64,000 nt of DNA, taken from assembly GCA_052426225.1 (NCBI GenBank), contig JBNJNM010000021.1, forward strand, positions 558,001-622,000, in the 5' to 3' direction. This DNA comes from Zancudomyces culisetae HAW-14-8. Taxonomy: Eukaryota; Fungi; Kickxellomycota. Both the position numbers and the translations under genes were made by a program. How positions within the stretch are numbered: position 1 is the first letter of the stretch; every line of letters starts with the position of its first letter. A model generated the notes under the pieces. It was not told the origin of the DNA, made no database searches, and saw only the letters and a program-made list of their open reading frames with translations. Shown piece by piece: positions 33,116-43,241 of this stretch.

Positions 33116-36100
33116 TTAAGAGTGAGAAAGAGAAGTAAAGAACTTGAGAGAGTTTGGAAAAGTACGCTTATTAGAATTCAAAAAGTGAACCAAGTCTTGA
33201 TAAAACAAGGATGTAAGGTGATGAGATTCTAATTGGTGTTCTTGTTGATGTTCTTGTTGATGTTGGTGTTGATGTTGATGTTGGTGTTGGTGTTCAGAGG
33301 AGAGATGTTTAAATGATAGTAAAATGTTGGTAAAAAATGGAGACCAAGAGTTAGAAGTGAAGTTGAGAGAATCAAGAGGAGAATGAAAATGAAAATGAGA
33401 GTGAGAGTGAGAATAAAATTCAGAGAGGAAAGGTTCGAAAAGATCGAAAAACAAGGTAGGAATAGAGAACTGAGAACGAGAACGAGAACGAGGAAGAGGA
33501 AGAGAGGGATTAGAGATGTTTTTCCAATAGAGATTGATTAAATTGGTAAAAGTCAATGCGTTCCAAATAGAAAGATTGTATAGATTGTGAGAATTGAAAG
33601 AAAGATTTGAAGAGTGAGATTTTAGGGAGGATAAAAAGTTGGATATTTGAGAATGAAGTTTTAAATGAGAATTGAATGCTGAATCAATATTGGTATTCGA
33701 GTTGGTATTGGTATTGGTGTTAGTATTTGGAGTTGAAAAGGGCAAAATGTTGTGATTAAAGCTACAAGCAGTTAGAGCAATAGAAACGAGATGATTGATA
33801 AAATTTGAAGGATTGATATCGAGTGAAGAAGAAGTTGGTGAGGTAGAAAAGAAATGATTAGCAATAGATTCAGCTAATTTGAAGGTTTTTGGGTTTGGAG
33901 GTAAAGTAGATAAATGGGAAAGAATGATATAATAATTGAAGGGATCAGATAAACAAACGTTGTCCTTGTTATTCAAGAGATTACCCAGCATTGAAAAGCC
34001 AAGATTGTTGTTAGAGACGAGATTTACAACCATAAAAGTTTCCAAGGACAAGAAATCAGAAGAATTAAGATGATCAGAAATAACAGAGCTAGCTAGCTGA
34101 GAATCCTTTGAGGATATACAGCATTTCAACATTGTCAAAAACATCTCTTTACCGCCTGAACTATTGTTGATTAGTGACGAAATAAAAGTGTTTGGATTTG
34201 ATATTTGGTTGTAGTATAGTAAATGTGTAAAATACTTTGATGCTTCAGAATCATTTGCACAGATTTTAAATAGTTGATTGTAAAGATTTGCTGGATTGGT
34301 ATAGATTCGACTAGCCAAAGAATAGTCTTTTTTATTCTTCTTAATATCTTGATGGTTAAAAGTTGTTGATTTCAATACGGTTGATATGGTTTTATATTGA
34401 TTCAAATGTCCAAGTATATACATTTGAACAACCCGTTCATAATTACCAATTTCAAGATTGTATGTTTCGACATTTTTCATTACAAGTCTATAAAATTCTT
34501 TACACTCTTCAACTCTTCTATTACTATACTCACCTATTTGTGTAAACAATTTAAAATTACTACTATTAATTACCCTTCTTTCTCTTTCTCTTTCTCTTTC
34601 TCCTTCTCTTTCTCTTTCTGCTGTTGTTGTGGTTGATTTCATGTCCATATTTATTGTCCATAGTGAGTTTATAAACGTTCTATGACTTGATAGTAATGTT
34701 GGTACGATAATTTTGTTGCTTGTAAATTCTCGGAATCTAAATATCATTTCATTAAACACATTTTTGGCATATTGAATTCGTTTTTCTACTATTCTTTGAT
34801 TAATCGATATACTCGTCTCCTTGGCTTTTTCTTCCTTATTCACTTTTATATATCGTGGATTATAAAATACCAACCCCCACATCATTTCTACATAGTCCTT
34901 CTGTCTAATAGCTCCATATTCGCTTTCAATCTTCATCTTTTCCATCAGTATTTCTCTCCATCCCATTCCCCCAAATACGTATCCTCCACTATTCTCCTTG
35001 TAATTATATATCATTTGGTCCACTACAAATTCTGTAATCTTGCTTTGTAGCTTTATGCTTGCCAGTATCATGTCTCTCTTTACATTTGTCTCTCCATATC
35101 TTGCTATTTCTTCTTTTATCTGGTATATCAACTTGATGTTTTTTCTAATCATTTCAACCTGGTTAAATTTATCGTCATCAATACAATACACATTTTCCGA
35201 TGCATAATAGTTTGATCTGCTGAAATATCCTTCCATAAATCCAACATCATTTTGACTAATTGGAACTAAACTTTTCAATCCTGCCAAATATATCTTTTGT
35301 AAAATCATCACATCTCCACCATTACCATTACCATTCCTATTGCTATTGCTATTGCTATTGCTATTACTATCCATTATATTTACTCCAATATCTTTTAGCA
35401 AGTTTATCGCCTTTTCTATCATTCCTACCTCTGCATATACCAATGCCATTGATTCCACAGCCTCAATCATTTCCCTAACTGGTCCTGTCTCTTGTTTTTG
35501 TAATCCATCATCCCTCTTGTCTAATTCTCTTTTCACAAAGTTTTGCTCATAATAACTAATTGCCTTTTCAAACTCAAAACAATTAAAGTTTGCTATAATC
35601 AATTCCTTTATCACTTGAATATTTCTACTCTTTTCTTGTTCCACTAATCGTCCCTGTTCATTGATAATTCCTTCATCAACTACCAACATTTTTTCAACGC
35701 TTTTTAGTCCCTGAACATCAAATGAGTATCCAATAGCTCTAATAATCTGTGCAAACACCCTTCTAGAACAACTTTGCCATATTTCTTTTATATTCTCTTG
35801 ATACTCTTCTCCTCCACTCTTATAATACCCTGCTTGTTCCATAAACTCTATTGCTACATTTCCAACCTCCTCTCGACTTTTAGAATCATGAAAATATTTT
35901 GGTTCCATCAAACTCTCCAATATACTCTCAACCACCATAGAATTCAATCTCGACCCTTCAACCTTACTATCCATGCTATCACCACCACTACTACCACTAC
36001 CACTACCCTCATTATCATTACTGACTTTATTGTATTCCATACTTATAAATCGTGCCACTTCAATCACCTGACTCTCTTCATTTGTATTTCTTGCTCCGTT

Positions 36101-36607
36101 TAGTAGTGCTTCTACCAATCTTTTAGATATATTTGCTTTTTTGGTATCCACATTTTTTTCATTGTAATATCTAAATATACTCGAAATCTCATTTTCCTGT
36201 AGATAATAATTGATTTGTACTATTGCCTTTCGTAACCTTCCTTGTACACACAACCGTTCAATATTTTCAAGCTCTAAACCACCACTATCCCTATCCACAT
36301 ATCCATCTTGAATATTGTTGTCTAGATTAACTACCTGTCCATAGAATCGTTTTGCATTAAAACATTTTACGGCGTAAAAATCTAAATCTAAATCTAAATC
36401 TGCTTTTAAATCTACTTTTCTATTTTTGTTGATCCCAGTATAGTTTGTTGTAGTTTTCAGTGCAAAACTAATATTTCTTTTTGATTTTAGAGTCGAAATT
36501 GTATTTTTCGTCCACCAACTTTTCCCCAAATTATCACAAAGTATCCTATAATTTTGTGGGTATAGACTTTTAGATAAGCCTGAATTACCAGAAATCAATT
36601 TATTCAT
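33116..36607 (-). CDS. Uncharacterised 1163-aa protein, probable mitochondrial degenerate PPR/helical-repeat protein
   Basis: Long intact ORF; presequence-like N-terminus (KRNIS, KRFYG); PPR-like segments (AVESMALVYAEVGMIEKAINLLKDI; VIKELIIANFNCFEFEKAISYYEQ; MFLTMLKCCISSKDSQLA). The ORF is certain, the family call is tentative. Confidence 0.6.
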   Translation of the reverse strand: MNKLISGNSGLSKSLYPQNYRILCDNLGKSWWTKNTISTLKSKRNISFALKTTTNYTGINKNRKVDLKADLDLDLDFYAVKCFNAKRFYGQVVNLDNNIQDGYVDRDSGGLELENIERLCVQGRLRKAIVQINYYLQENEISSIFRYYNEKNVDTKKANISKRLVEALLNGARNTNEESQVIEVARFISMEYNKVSNDNEGSGSGSSGGDSMDSKVEGSRLNSMVVESILESLMEPKYFHDSKSREEVGNVAIEFMEQAGYYKSGGEEYQENIKEIWQSCSRRVFAQIIRAIGYSFDVQGLKSVEKMLVVDEGIINEQGRLVEQEKSRNIQVIKELIIANFNCFEFEKAISYYEQNFVKRELDKRDDGLQKQETGPVREMIEAVESMALVYAEVGMIEKAINLLKDIGVNIMDSNSNSNSNSNRNGNGNGGDVMILQKIYLAGLKSLVPISQNDVGFMEGYFSRSNYYASENVYCIDDDKFNQVEMIRKNIKLIYQIKEEIARYGETNVKRDMILASIKLQSKITEFVVDQMIYNYKENSGGYVFGGMGWREILMEKMKIESEYGAIRQKDYVEMMWGLVFYNPRYIKVNKEEKAKETSISINQRIVEKRIQYAKNVFNEMIFRFREFTSNKIIVPTLLSSHRTFINSLWTINMDMKSTTTTAEREREGERERERERRVINSSNFKLFTQIGEYSNRRVEECKEFYRLVMKNVETYNLEIGNYERVVQMYILGHLNQYKTISTVLKSTTFNHQDIKKNKKDYSLASRIYTNPANLYNQLFKICANDSEASKYFTHLLYYNQISNPNTFISSLINNSSGGKEMFLTMLKCCISSKDSQLASSVISDHLNSSDFLSLETFMVVNLVSNNNLGFSMLGNLLNNKDNVCLSDPFNYYIILSHLSTLPPNPKTFKLAESIANHFFSTSPTSSSLDINPSNFINHLVSIALTACSFNHNILPFSTPNTNTNTNTNSNTNIDSAFNSHLKLHSQISNFLSSLKSHSSNLSFNSHNLYNLSIWNALTFTNLINLYWKNISNPSLPLPRSRSRSQFSIPTLFFDLFEPFLSEFYSHSHSHFHFHSPLDSLNFTSNSWSPFFTNILLSFKHLSSEHQHQHQHQHQHQQEHQQEHQLESHHLTSLFYQDLVHFLNSNKRTFPNSLKFFTSLSHS

Positions 36608-37487
36608 CCCAACCGTTTAATTTTTCCTTCTTTTTCTCTTTTCCTTTTCCTTTTACCTTGTTTTTTTTTTGTTGTATCTATTACATTTATTCAATCTATG
36701 TATCTATTTAATTGTTTATTATTTAGAGTTTTAAAAAATCATAATAACATAGTGTAATATTTTTTGATCAAGCTCCATACCACAATAATTTGCAAATATA
36801 AAAAAAAAATTTTTTTTAATTAATTAACTCATTAATTATTTTTATTAACTATTAATCACTTTTATTAAACATAAAGGAATGTTGTAAAAGGTAGAAATAA
36901 AGGCTGAGGATGGAGGAGTACTAGTAATACAAAGGTAGTGCACATGATGGTATTAACAAACTAGTTTGGTTTCCTGGACTCTTTATCAACATTTAATGAT
37001 AACTATATTGAAAAAGAATAGTTTAATAATTGTTCTTTTTTTACAATTTTGTGTGTTTGTATGTGTGTGTGTTTAAGGATATATCAGATCAGATTGTAGT
37101 TGATTTTACAAGCCTTTTTTTTTTCTTCATTTTTTTTCCCTTTCTTTCAATGTTTTAAAGTCAAAGCAGGTTGAAATAAAGTGGGTGATGAAAAATAATG
37201 TTATTAACTTAATCAAACAAGTTGATGATATTGAAAACTAATTTGTCAATTTTGTTTTTTTTTGTTATTTTATGTTATAATTTCATCCATTTTCGGACCT
37301 ATAAATTAATAATAAAGGAAATGAAATGACATGAAACCAAATGAAATCAATTCATGTCAAATGTGTGTATAAATATACATTACTTTTTGTACTTGCTGCG
37401 GTAAAAAGTACAAGACCTTAGTATATAAAACCAAGAGGATAAAAACATAAGTAATAGAGAGAAATTTGTAGTGGTGGAGAACAAATA

Positions 37488-40322
37488 ATGGCAGATTTAA
37501 AAGTGAAACGAATCAAAAAACTGGATACTACAGTGATCAACCGAATTGCAGCAGGAGAAATAATACACAGACCGTCAAATGCACTAAAAGAAATCTTGGA
37601 AAATGCATTTGATGCACACTCCACCCAAATCCAGATTTTGGTTAAAGAAGGAGGAATGAAACTGCTACAAGTTCAAGATGATGGTGCTGGGATTTCTCCA
37701 GAGGATTTGGGAATATTATGTGAACGGTTTACAACCAGCAAGCTACAAAAATACGAAGATTTGGAAAGTATAGAAACGTATGGGTTTCGTGGAGAGGCAC
37801 TAGCTAGTATAAGTCACGTTTCGTATTTGACAGTAGTGACAAAGACTCGAGATTCGCCAGTAGCATACAAAGCAAAATATGTGGATGGAAAAGTATTGGG
37901 AGGGGAGAATAGCGGGATAGTGAAATGTGCAGGAAACAATGGTACACAAATAGCAGTAGAGGATTTGTTTTATAATATTCCGTACCGAAAACAAGCAATC
38001 AAAAAGGCTAGCGAAGAGTATAATAGAATACTGGATGTAGCGGGAAAATATGCAATCCATAATGCAGGAATATCGATTACTTGTCGTAAAGTTGTGGGAA
38101 GTGGAGGAAGCAAAACAACGATATGTACGGATTTACAGACACAAAGAGCACCACCACCGTCAACAGCACGCGGAAATAGTAGTGGAAATAGCAGTGGAAA
38201 TAGCAGTGGAAATAGTAGTGGGGCCACTAATAATGCCAGTAAACTCAAAGTGATTCAGCAAGTATATGGAAAACAAGTATCCAACTCACTGATTGAGTTT
38301 AAAAAGGATTTAATGGAAAACCGAGACTTACGAGTAAAAATTGAAGGATATTGTAGCAGTGGAAGAGATAACGAAAGTGGAGGAACAGGAGTCGCTTTAA
38401 GAAAGACGATATCAACATTGGAATCAATTTCGGGGAGTCGTAATAATGGCGGTGGAGGAGGAATGACGTTTTTGTTGTTTGTAAACAACCGGCTGGTGGA
38501 TAACAACATGATCAAAACCAGTATAGAAAACATATATACAAACAGCGGGATATTTCCTAGAGGATTATCCAAAGTGTTTGTATATTTGAGTTTGTTGGTT
38601 AAGCCGAGTCATGTGGATGTGAATATTCATCCTACAAAGAGACAAGTTCAAATTTTGAACATTGAACGTATTATTAGAGAAATTGTTGGATGTATTCAAG
38701 GTGTTTTGATTACGAATAATGATGAAAATATGGTTCTTCAATTGAAGAATAACAGTAAAATCAATAATCCCAATGGGATGGATTCTACTATTGCTACAAA
38801 GAGAAAAGATGCGAGCGCAAATAATGAATATTATCAAGAATCCAAAAACACAAATCATAACAACCATAACTATAATAATAACAACAACAGTAGTGTTCCT
38901 AGTCATAAAATGGTTAGAATGGATACAAACAACTATTCTTTAAAATCATTTATGGCAATTAATAACCAATCTGAACTGCCAAATAGACTTTCAATAAGCA
39001 ATAATAACAATAATAATAATAACTATAGTGATAAGAGTGATAAGAGTGCTGGAGATTTTATCAAAAGTTTTGAATTTTCCAATAATAGGCGAAATACAAC
39101 ATTTGAATCACCAGTCAAAAATTACAATAATCAAAATTCGCCTTATACACCTTATACACCAAATACAAATTCAAATCTAAATCCAAACTCAACTTCAAGA
39201 TCATCTACTCCATCAAAATTATCATTTGCGACTACCAAAGTTGGTGGTGATCAAGATAATAGATTGGATTCTGATCGAATGCAAGTCGAAAAAGTAACAC
39301 AATATAAAGATATGAATACCCAAATAAGTACAGCAGCAACAGAGATAGCTCAAGAGAGTATTAACCCGAAAGTTACAGTTAAATTGACAAGTATTTTGAA
39401 ACTACAAAAGGAGATTGAACAAGATATAAACGAACAAGTGAGTAGAATCTTTAAACAACATTCATATGTTGGAATAATAAATCCGCAAACAAAAAATAAT
39501 GGTGATTTTGGGGATACCAATATGTTGATACAAAGCTCTACCGAATTGTATATGGTAAACTTGCCATTACTAAATTACCATTTGTTTCGACAAGTTCTAT
39601 TGTATGATTTTTGTAATTTTGGAAAGATTGAATTGGATCCTCCATTAAATATTTATACTCTGATATTATCTGCAATCAGATCAATTCTTGACTTGCAAAC
39701 AAGCAGTAGTAATATAGATGGAATTCCTGAATTTATTCGTGAAAATCCGGAAGCTACTGCAATGACCATTACCAAACTAATTGCCAGTAGAGCTGAAATG
39801 TTGAAGGAATATTTCAATATTACAATAACCCAACAACAAGTACAACCTGAAAATAGTCCTAACAATAATATTAATATTAATAATATTAATAATATTAATA
39901 ATAGTGGTAGTCAAGAAGAAACGAGTTATGTTTTACAAACTCTTCCTCTACTAATCCGGGATTATATTCCCAATTTCAAAAACCTACCACAATTTTTGTT
40001 ACGAATTGGAACCGAAGTAGATTGGGATCATGAAGAACCGTTTTTTGACAGGTTTATTGACGAATTGGCCTATTTCTACTCTTTTATAACCAATTCTCAA
40101 ACCCATAATACCGAATTTGTTTTCCAACATCGAATTTGTCCCCTATTAAAATCCAACTTTGTTGTAACAAACTCTTTTCTAAACTCCTTTTCTCCTTCAA
40201 ACAACAACAACAACAATAACAACAACAATAATAATAATAATCTTGTTGATTATTCAAATTGTCAATTTATTTGTAAAATTACTAGTATTCCTGAACTATA
40301 TAAAATCTTTGAACGTTGTTAA
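37488..40322 (+). CDS. MLH1: DNA mismatch repair protein Mlh1 (MutL family)
   Basis: INRIAAGEIIHRP, ENAFDA, TTSKL, TYGFRGEALASIS, DVNIHPTKR and the diagnostic C-terminus LYKIFERC; Asn-rich linkers. Confidence 0.97.
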   Translation: MADLKVKRIKKLDTTVINRIAAGEIIHRPSNALKEILENAFDAHSTQIQILVKEGGMKLLQVQDDGAGISPEDLGILCERFTTSKLQKYEDLESIETYGFRGEALASISHVSYLTVVTKTRDSPVAYKAKYVDGKVLGGENSGIVKCAGNNGTQIAVEDLFYNIPYRKQAIKKASEEYNRILDVAGKYAIHNAGISITCRKVVGSGGSKTTICTDLQTQRAPPPSTARGNSSGNSSGNSSGNSSGATNNASKLKVIQQVYGKQVSNSLIEFKKDLMENRDLRVKIEGYCSSGRDNESGGTGVALRKTISTLESISGSRNNGGGGGMTFLLFVNNRLVDNNMIKTSIENIYTNSGIFPRGLSKVFVYLSLLVKPSHVDVNIHPTKRQVQILNIERIIREIVGCIQGVLITNNDENMVLQLKNNSKINNPNGMDSTIATKRKDASANNEYYQESKNTNHNNHNYNNNNNSSVPSHKMVRMDTNNYSLKSFMAINNQSELPNRLSISNNNNNNNNYSDKSDKSAGDFIKSFEFSNNRRNTTFESPVKNYNNQNSPYTPYTPNTNSNLNPNSTSRSSTPSKLSFATTKVGGDQDNRLDSDRMQVEKVTQYKDMNTQISTAATEIAQESINPKVTVKLTSILKLQKEIEQDINEQVSRIFKQHSYVGIINPQTKNNGDFGDTNMLIQSSTELYMVNLPLLNYHLFRQVLLYDFCNFGKIELDPPLNIYTLILSAIRSILDLQTSSSNIDGIPEFIRENPEATAMTITKLIASRAEMLKEYFNITITQQQVQPENSPNNNININNINNINNSGSQEETSYVLQTLPLLIRDYIPNFKNLPQFLLRIGTEVDWDHEEPFFDRFIDELAYFYSFITNSQTHNTEFVFQHRICPLLKSNFVVTNSFLNSFSPSNNNNNNNNNNNNNNLVDYSNCQFICKITSIPELYKIFERC

Positions 40323-40401
40323 ATTACTAATAAAAAAACAAACTAAATAAATAAATAAATAAGTAAATAAAAGTTAAATCTCTGGTAATGATTTTACTTG
40401 C

Positions 40402-40436
40402 ACTATACTATACTATACTATACTATACTATACTAT
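40402..40436. repeat. (ACTAT)7 microsatellite between the convergent MLH1 and CLF1 stops
   Basis: Seven perfect pentamer copies. Confidence 0.9.
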
Positions 40437-40456
40437 ACCCATAACTTTATAATTCT

Positions 40457-42898
40457 TTATTTATTTTTGGCTTTCCATTTCTTTGCCATTTCCAGTAATT
40501 TAAATCCACTTGATTCTTTATCACCAGTTCCAGATTTATTATCCATACCAGTTCCTGTTTGTTTATAATCATCTGGGAATATATAATCAATATATTCCTC
40601 TTCCTCTTCTTCTTCTTCCCCTTCTTTTCCTTCACCTTCACCTTGTCCTTTTCCGAATTGTTTCTGTTGATTGTTATTAAAAGTATTAGTAGTAGTAGTG
40701 ACTTTTCTTCGTTTGACAACTTTTTCCGGTACATAATTAAGATTAATCTCTTCAAGTTTACTAGCAATATTGGAATCTGGTGGTATACTTGATTCAAATC
40801 TCTTCATTGCTTCAACTATCAAAATTCTTTCATGAGGTTGATTCAGTAATTTGAAATGGGAATACGCTCGGTTATACAACTGTCTAACATTTTCAACCTG
40901 CTGTTCCAATTCCGATTGATTTTGATTTTGGTCTTGATTTTGGTCTTGATTTTGACTATTATTCCATTCTATTATGCTTGTCAAAAACGCACCAAAACTC
41001 AACCATATTTTGACATGTTGACTCTTCTCCAATAACCTTTCATACAACAATTTTACCCGCTTGTAATTTCCATTTCCTTGTTCAAAATCTATATACGACT
41101 TGTAAATAATCTCGGGCATATCCATTTCAACAATTCCTATTTGCTGACTCTCTTTATCATTATCATTATCAATGTTATTATCATCATTAGCATCATTAAC
41201 ATTAACATTAACATTGCCTTGCGATGGTGTCATGCTTTTAATAGCTAATTCATAAATCATTCTTGCTCGCTCAATTTCCCCCAACATCAATTCTTCCATC
41301 CTTGCATATTCTACCCATACTATCGAACTAGATGGAAACGCCTCTATAAATTTATTGTATATCATTCTAACCCGGTCAAACTCTCGCAACATCATCTCTA
41401 GTTCAATATATCCTCTATATATCTTTTGTTTGCCTCCATTCACTCGCCCATACTTCCCCATTGCCAACCCCAGTATTTTCCTTGCCTTATCTATATCCAG
41501 TTGCCGAACTTCAAACATTGCATATTGTATCCATATTTTACCAAACGTAAACTTTTTGTGTGGAATATTCTCTTCATCAATTAATCGCTCATATACTTTT
41601 CTTGCTCTTTGTATATTTTTGGCTTCTGTCTCTTCATACACTGCATACAATAACCAAATATAGACATATTCTTTCCATTTTCCCTTCTCATCTCTTTTAC
41701 TTGGTTTGTTACTAATAGCTCTTTCAAACATGTTTCTAACATTTTCTCTTCCTTCTTGTCCATCGCCCGATTCTGATGTTAATTCTGCTCCTGCTCCTGC
41801 TCCTGCTTCTGCTTCTGATTCTGATTCTTGAATCTTTGCTATTTCTTGTTCCAATAACAACAAACTAACCCATGTCAAATAATCATTAGGATTTTCGGTT
41901 ATTACTTTTGTATATTCTTTTCTCCGTTTCATCAATACAACATGCTCAATGTTTTCTATACTTCCATTTTGTTTTTCAAATACTGTATATTGTTTATAAA
42001 GCAATGTTGATTTAGGAAATAATTCAATTGCATATTTGTATATAGCTCTAGCTCTCTCAGTCTCTTTTAATCTGTTTTCAAATTTCGCAAATTCCACAAA
42101 TACCAGCACTACACTTTTCTCATTTTCCACCTCAACCTTGTTATTGATACTGTGATTGTATACCGAAATGATATAATCTATAGCTTTCCCATAAATCTCG
42201 CGAACTTTATCATTATCATTTACTACAAATTTGGCCCAGGCTATCCAGTTTTTGGGCTCGGGATACAAATCAACAAACCTTTCCATAACCATTTCTGCAT
42301 AATGTTGTTCGCCATACCGCTGTTCAAATTTGACATATGCCTTCCAAGCCGTTTCATCAGGTTCCCATTTCATCCATCTTTCAAATATTTGTCTAGCCCC
42401 CAAGACATTACCAACGATTTCTTCCATATAACTATACCGTTGCCAAAACAGATTGTTTCTTGGTAATATTGTAACAATTCGATCAAACAAATTCCGTGCC
42501 AAATTGATATTCTTATGTTTCATTTCCATCTCAACATACTTTAGATATATCGTGGCATTGCGACTATCCACATCAAGCGCACGCTCATAAATCGATCTTG
42601 CACGGTCCAAAAATCCATTAGCTTCCTCCCACTTGGCATATTTCAGCCAGTTGCCAACATTCAGCCGGTTCTTGCGTATTCCATCTTCAAATTCCTTGCG
42701 TTTTCGTAGCCGGTACTCGGAAAGCTCCTCGCCATCCATCATCTTTTGTTCTGGAGGCTTGAAAATCTTTTCTCTCCGCTCCTGTGCCTCTCTAAGCAAC
42801 TGCTCTGCGGTGATTTGGACAGGCGCTGCATTTTTGTTTTTAATCTTTGGGCCCTTTCCTGACCTGTCATACCCTCCTGGTAGTTCTTGTTGATCCAT
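40457..42898 (-). CDS. CLF1: Pre-mRNA splicing factor Clf1/Syf3/crooked neck (HAT repeats)
   Basis: KNKNAAPVQITAEQLLREA, RKRKEFED, RARSIYERALDVD, PHKKFTFGKIW, EYIDYIFPDD, KLLEMAKKWK. Confidence 0.97.
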   Translation of the reverse strand: MDQQELPGGYDRSGKGPKIKNKNAAPVQITAEQLLREAQERREKIFKPPEQKMMDGEELSEYRLRKRKEFEDGIRKNRLNVGNWLKYAKWEEANGFLDRARSIYERALDVDSRNATIYLKYVEMEMKHKNINLARNLFDRIVTILPRNNLFWQRYSYMEEIVGNVLGARQIFERWMKWEPDETAWKAYVKFEQRYGEQHYAEMVMERFVDLYPEPKNWIAWAKFVVNDNDKVREIYGKAIDYIISVYNHSINNKVEVENEKSVVLVFVEFAKFENRLKETERARAIYKYAIELFPKSTLLYKQYTVFEKQNGSIENIEHVVLMKRRKEYTKVITENPNDYLTWVSLLLLEQEIAKIQESESEAEAGAGAGAELTSESGDGQEGRENVRNMFERAISNKPSKRDEKGKWKEYVYIWLLYAVYEETEAKNIQRARKVYERLIDEENIPHKKFTFGKIWIQYAMFEVRQLDIDKARKILGLAMGKYGRVNGGKQKIYRGYIELEMMLREFDRVRMIYNKFIEAFPSSSIVWVEYARMEELMLGEIERARMIYELAIKSMTPSQGNVNVNVNDANDDNNIDNDNDKESQQIGIVEMDMPEIIYKSYIDFEQGNGNYKRVKLLYERLLEKSQHVKIWLSFGAFLTSIIEWNNSQNQDQNQDQNQNQSELEQQVENVRQLYNRAYSHFKLLNQPHERILIVEAMKRFESSIPPDSNIASKLEEINLNYVPEKVVKRRKVTTTTNTFNNNQQKQFGKGQGEGEGKEGEEEEEEEEYIDYIFPDDYKQTGTGMDNKSGTGDKESSGFKLLEMAKKWKAKNK

Positions 42899-43241
42899 TT
42901 TATTTTATTTTATTTCGTTTTATATCTTATCTATCTCTATTTATCTGTGTTTATTTTTATTTTTCGTTTTCGTTTTCGTTTTCGTGTTTAGTATTCATGT
43001 ATTTTGGATATAAATAAAATTTGGAATTGAAATTGAAATTGAAAATAATTTATAAAATTAAATATCAAATAAATAAAGCAGAGTAAAATAATAAAATTTT
43101 TTTTTTATTGTTCATACTTATATTTTTAATTTAATAAAATTATAATAACCATCAACTACCAACTACCAACAACTAGCAACCAACTGGTAACAAAAATAAA
43201 TAAATAAATAAATAATACAAACACAAGTGTAGTTAACCAAA

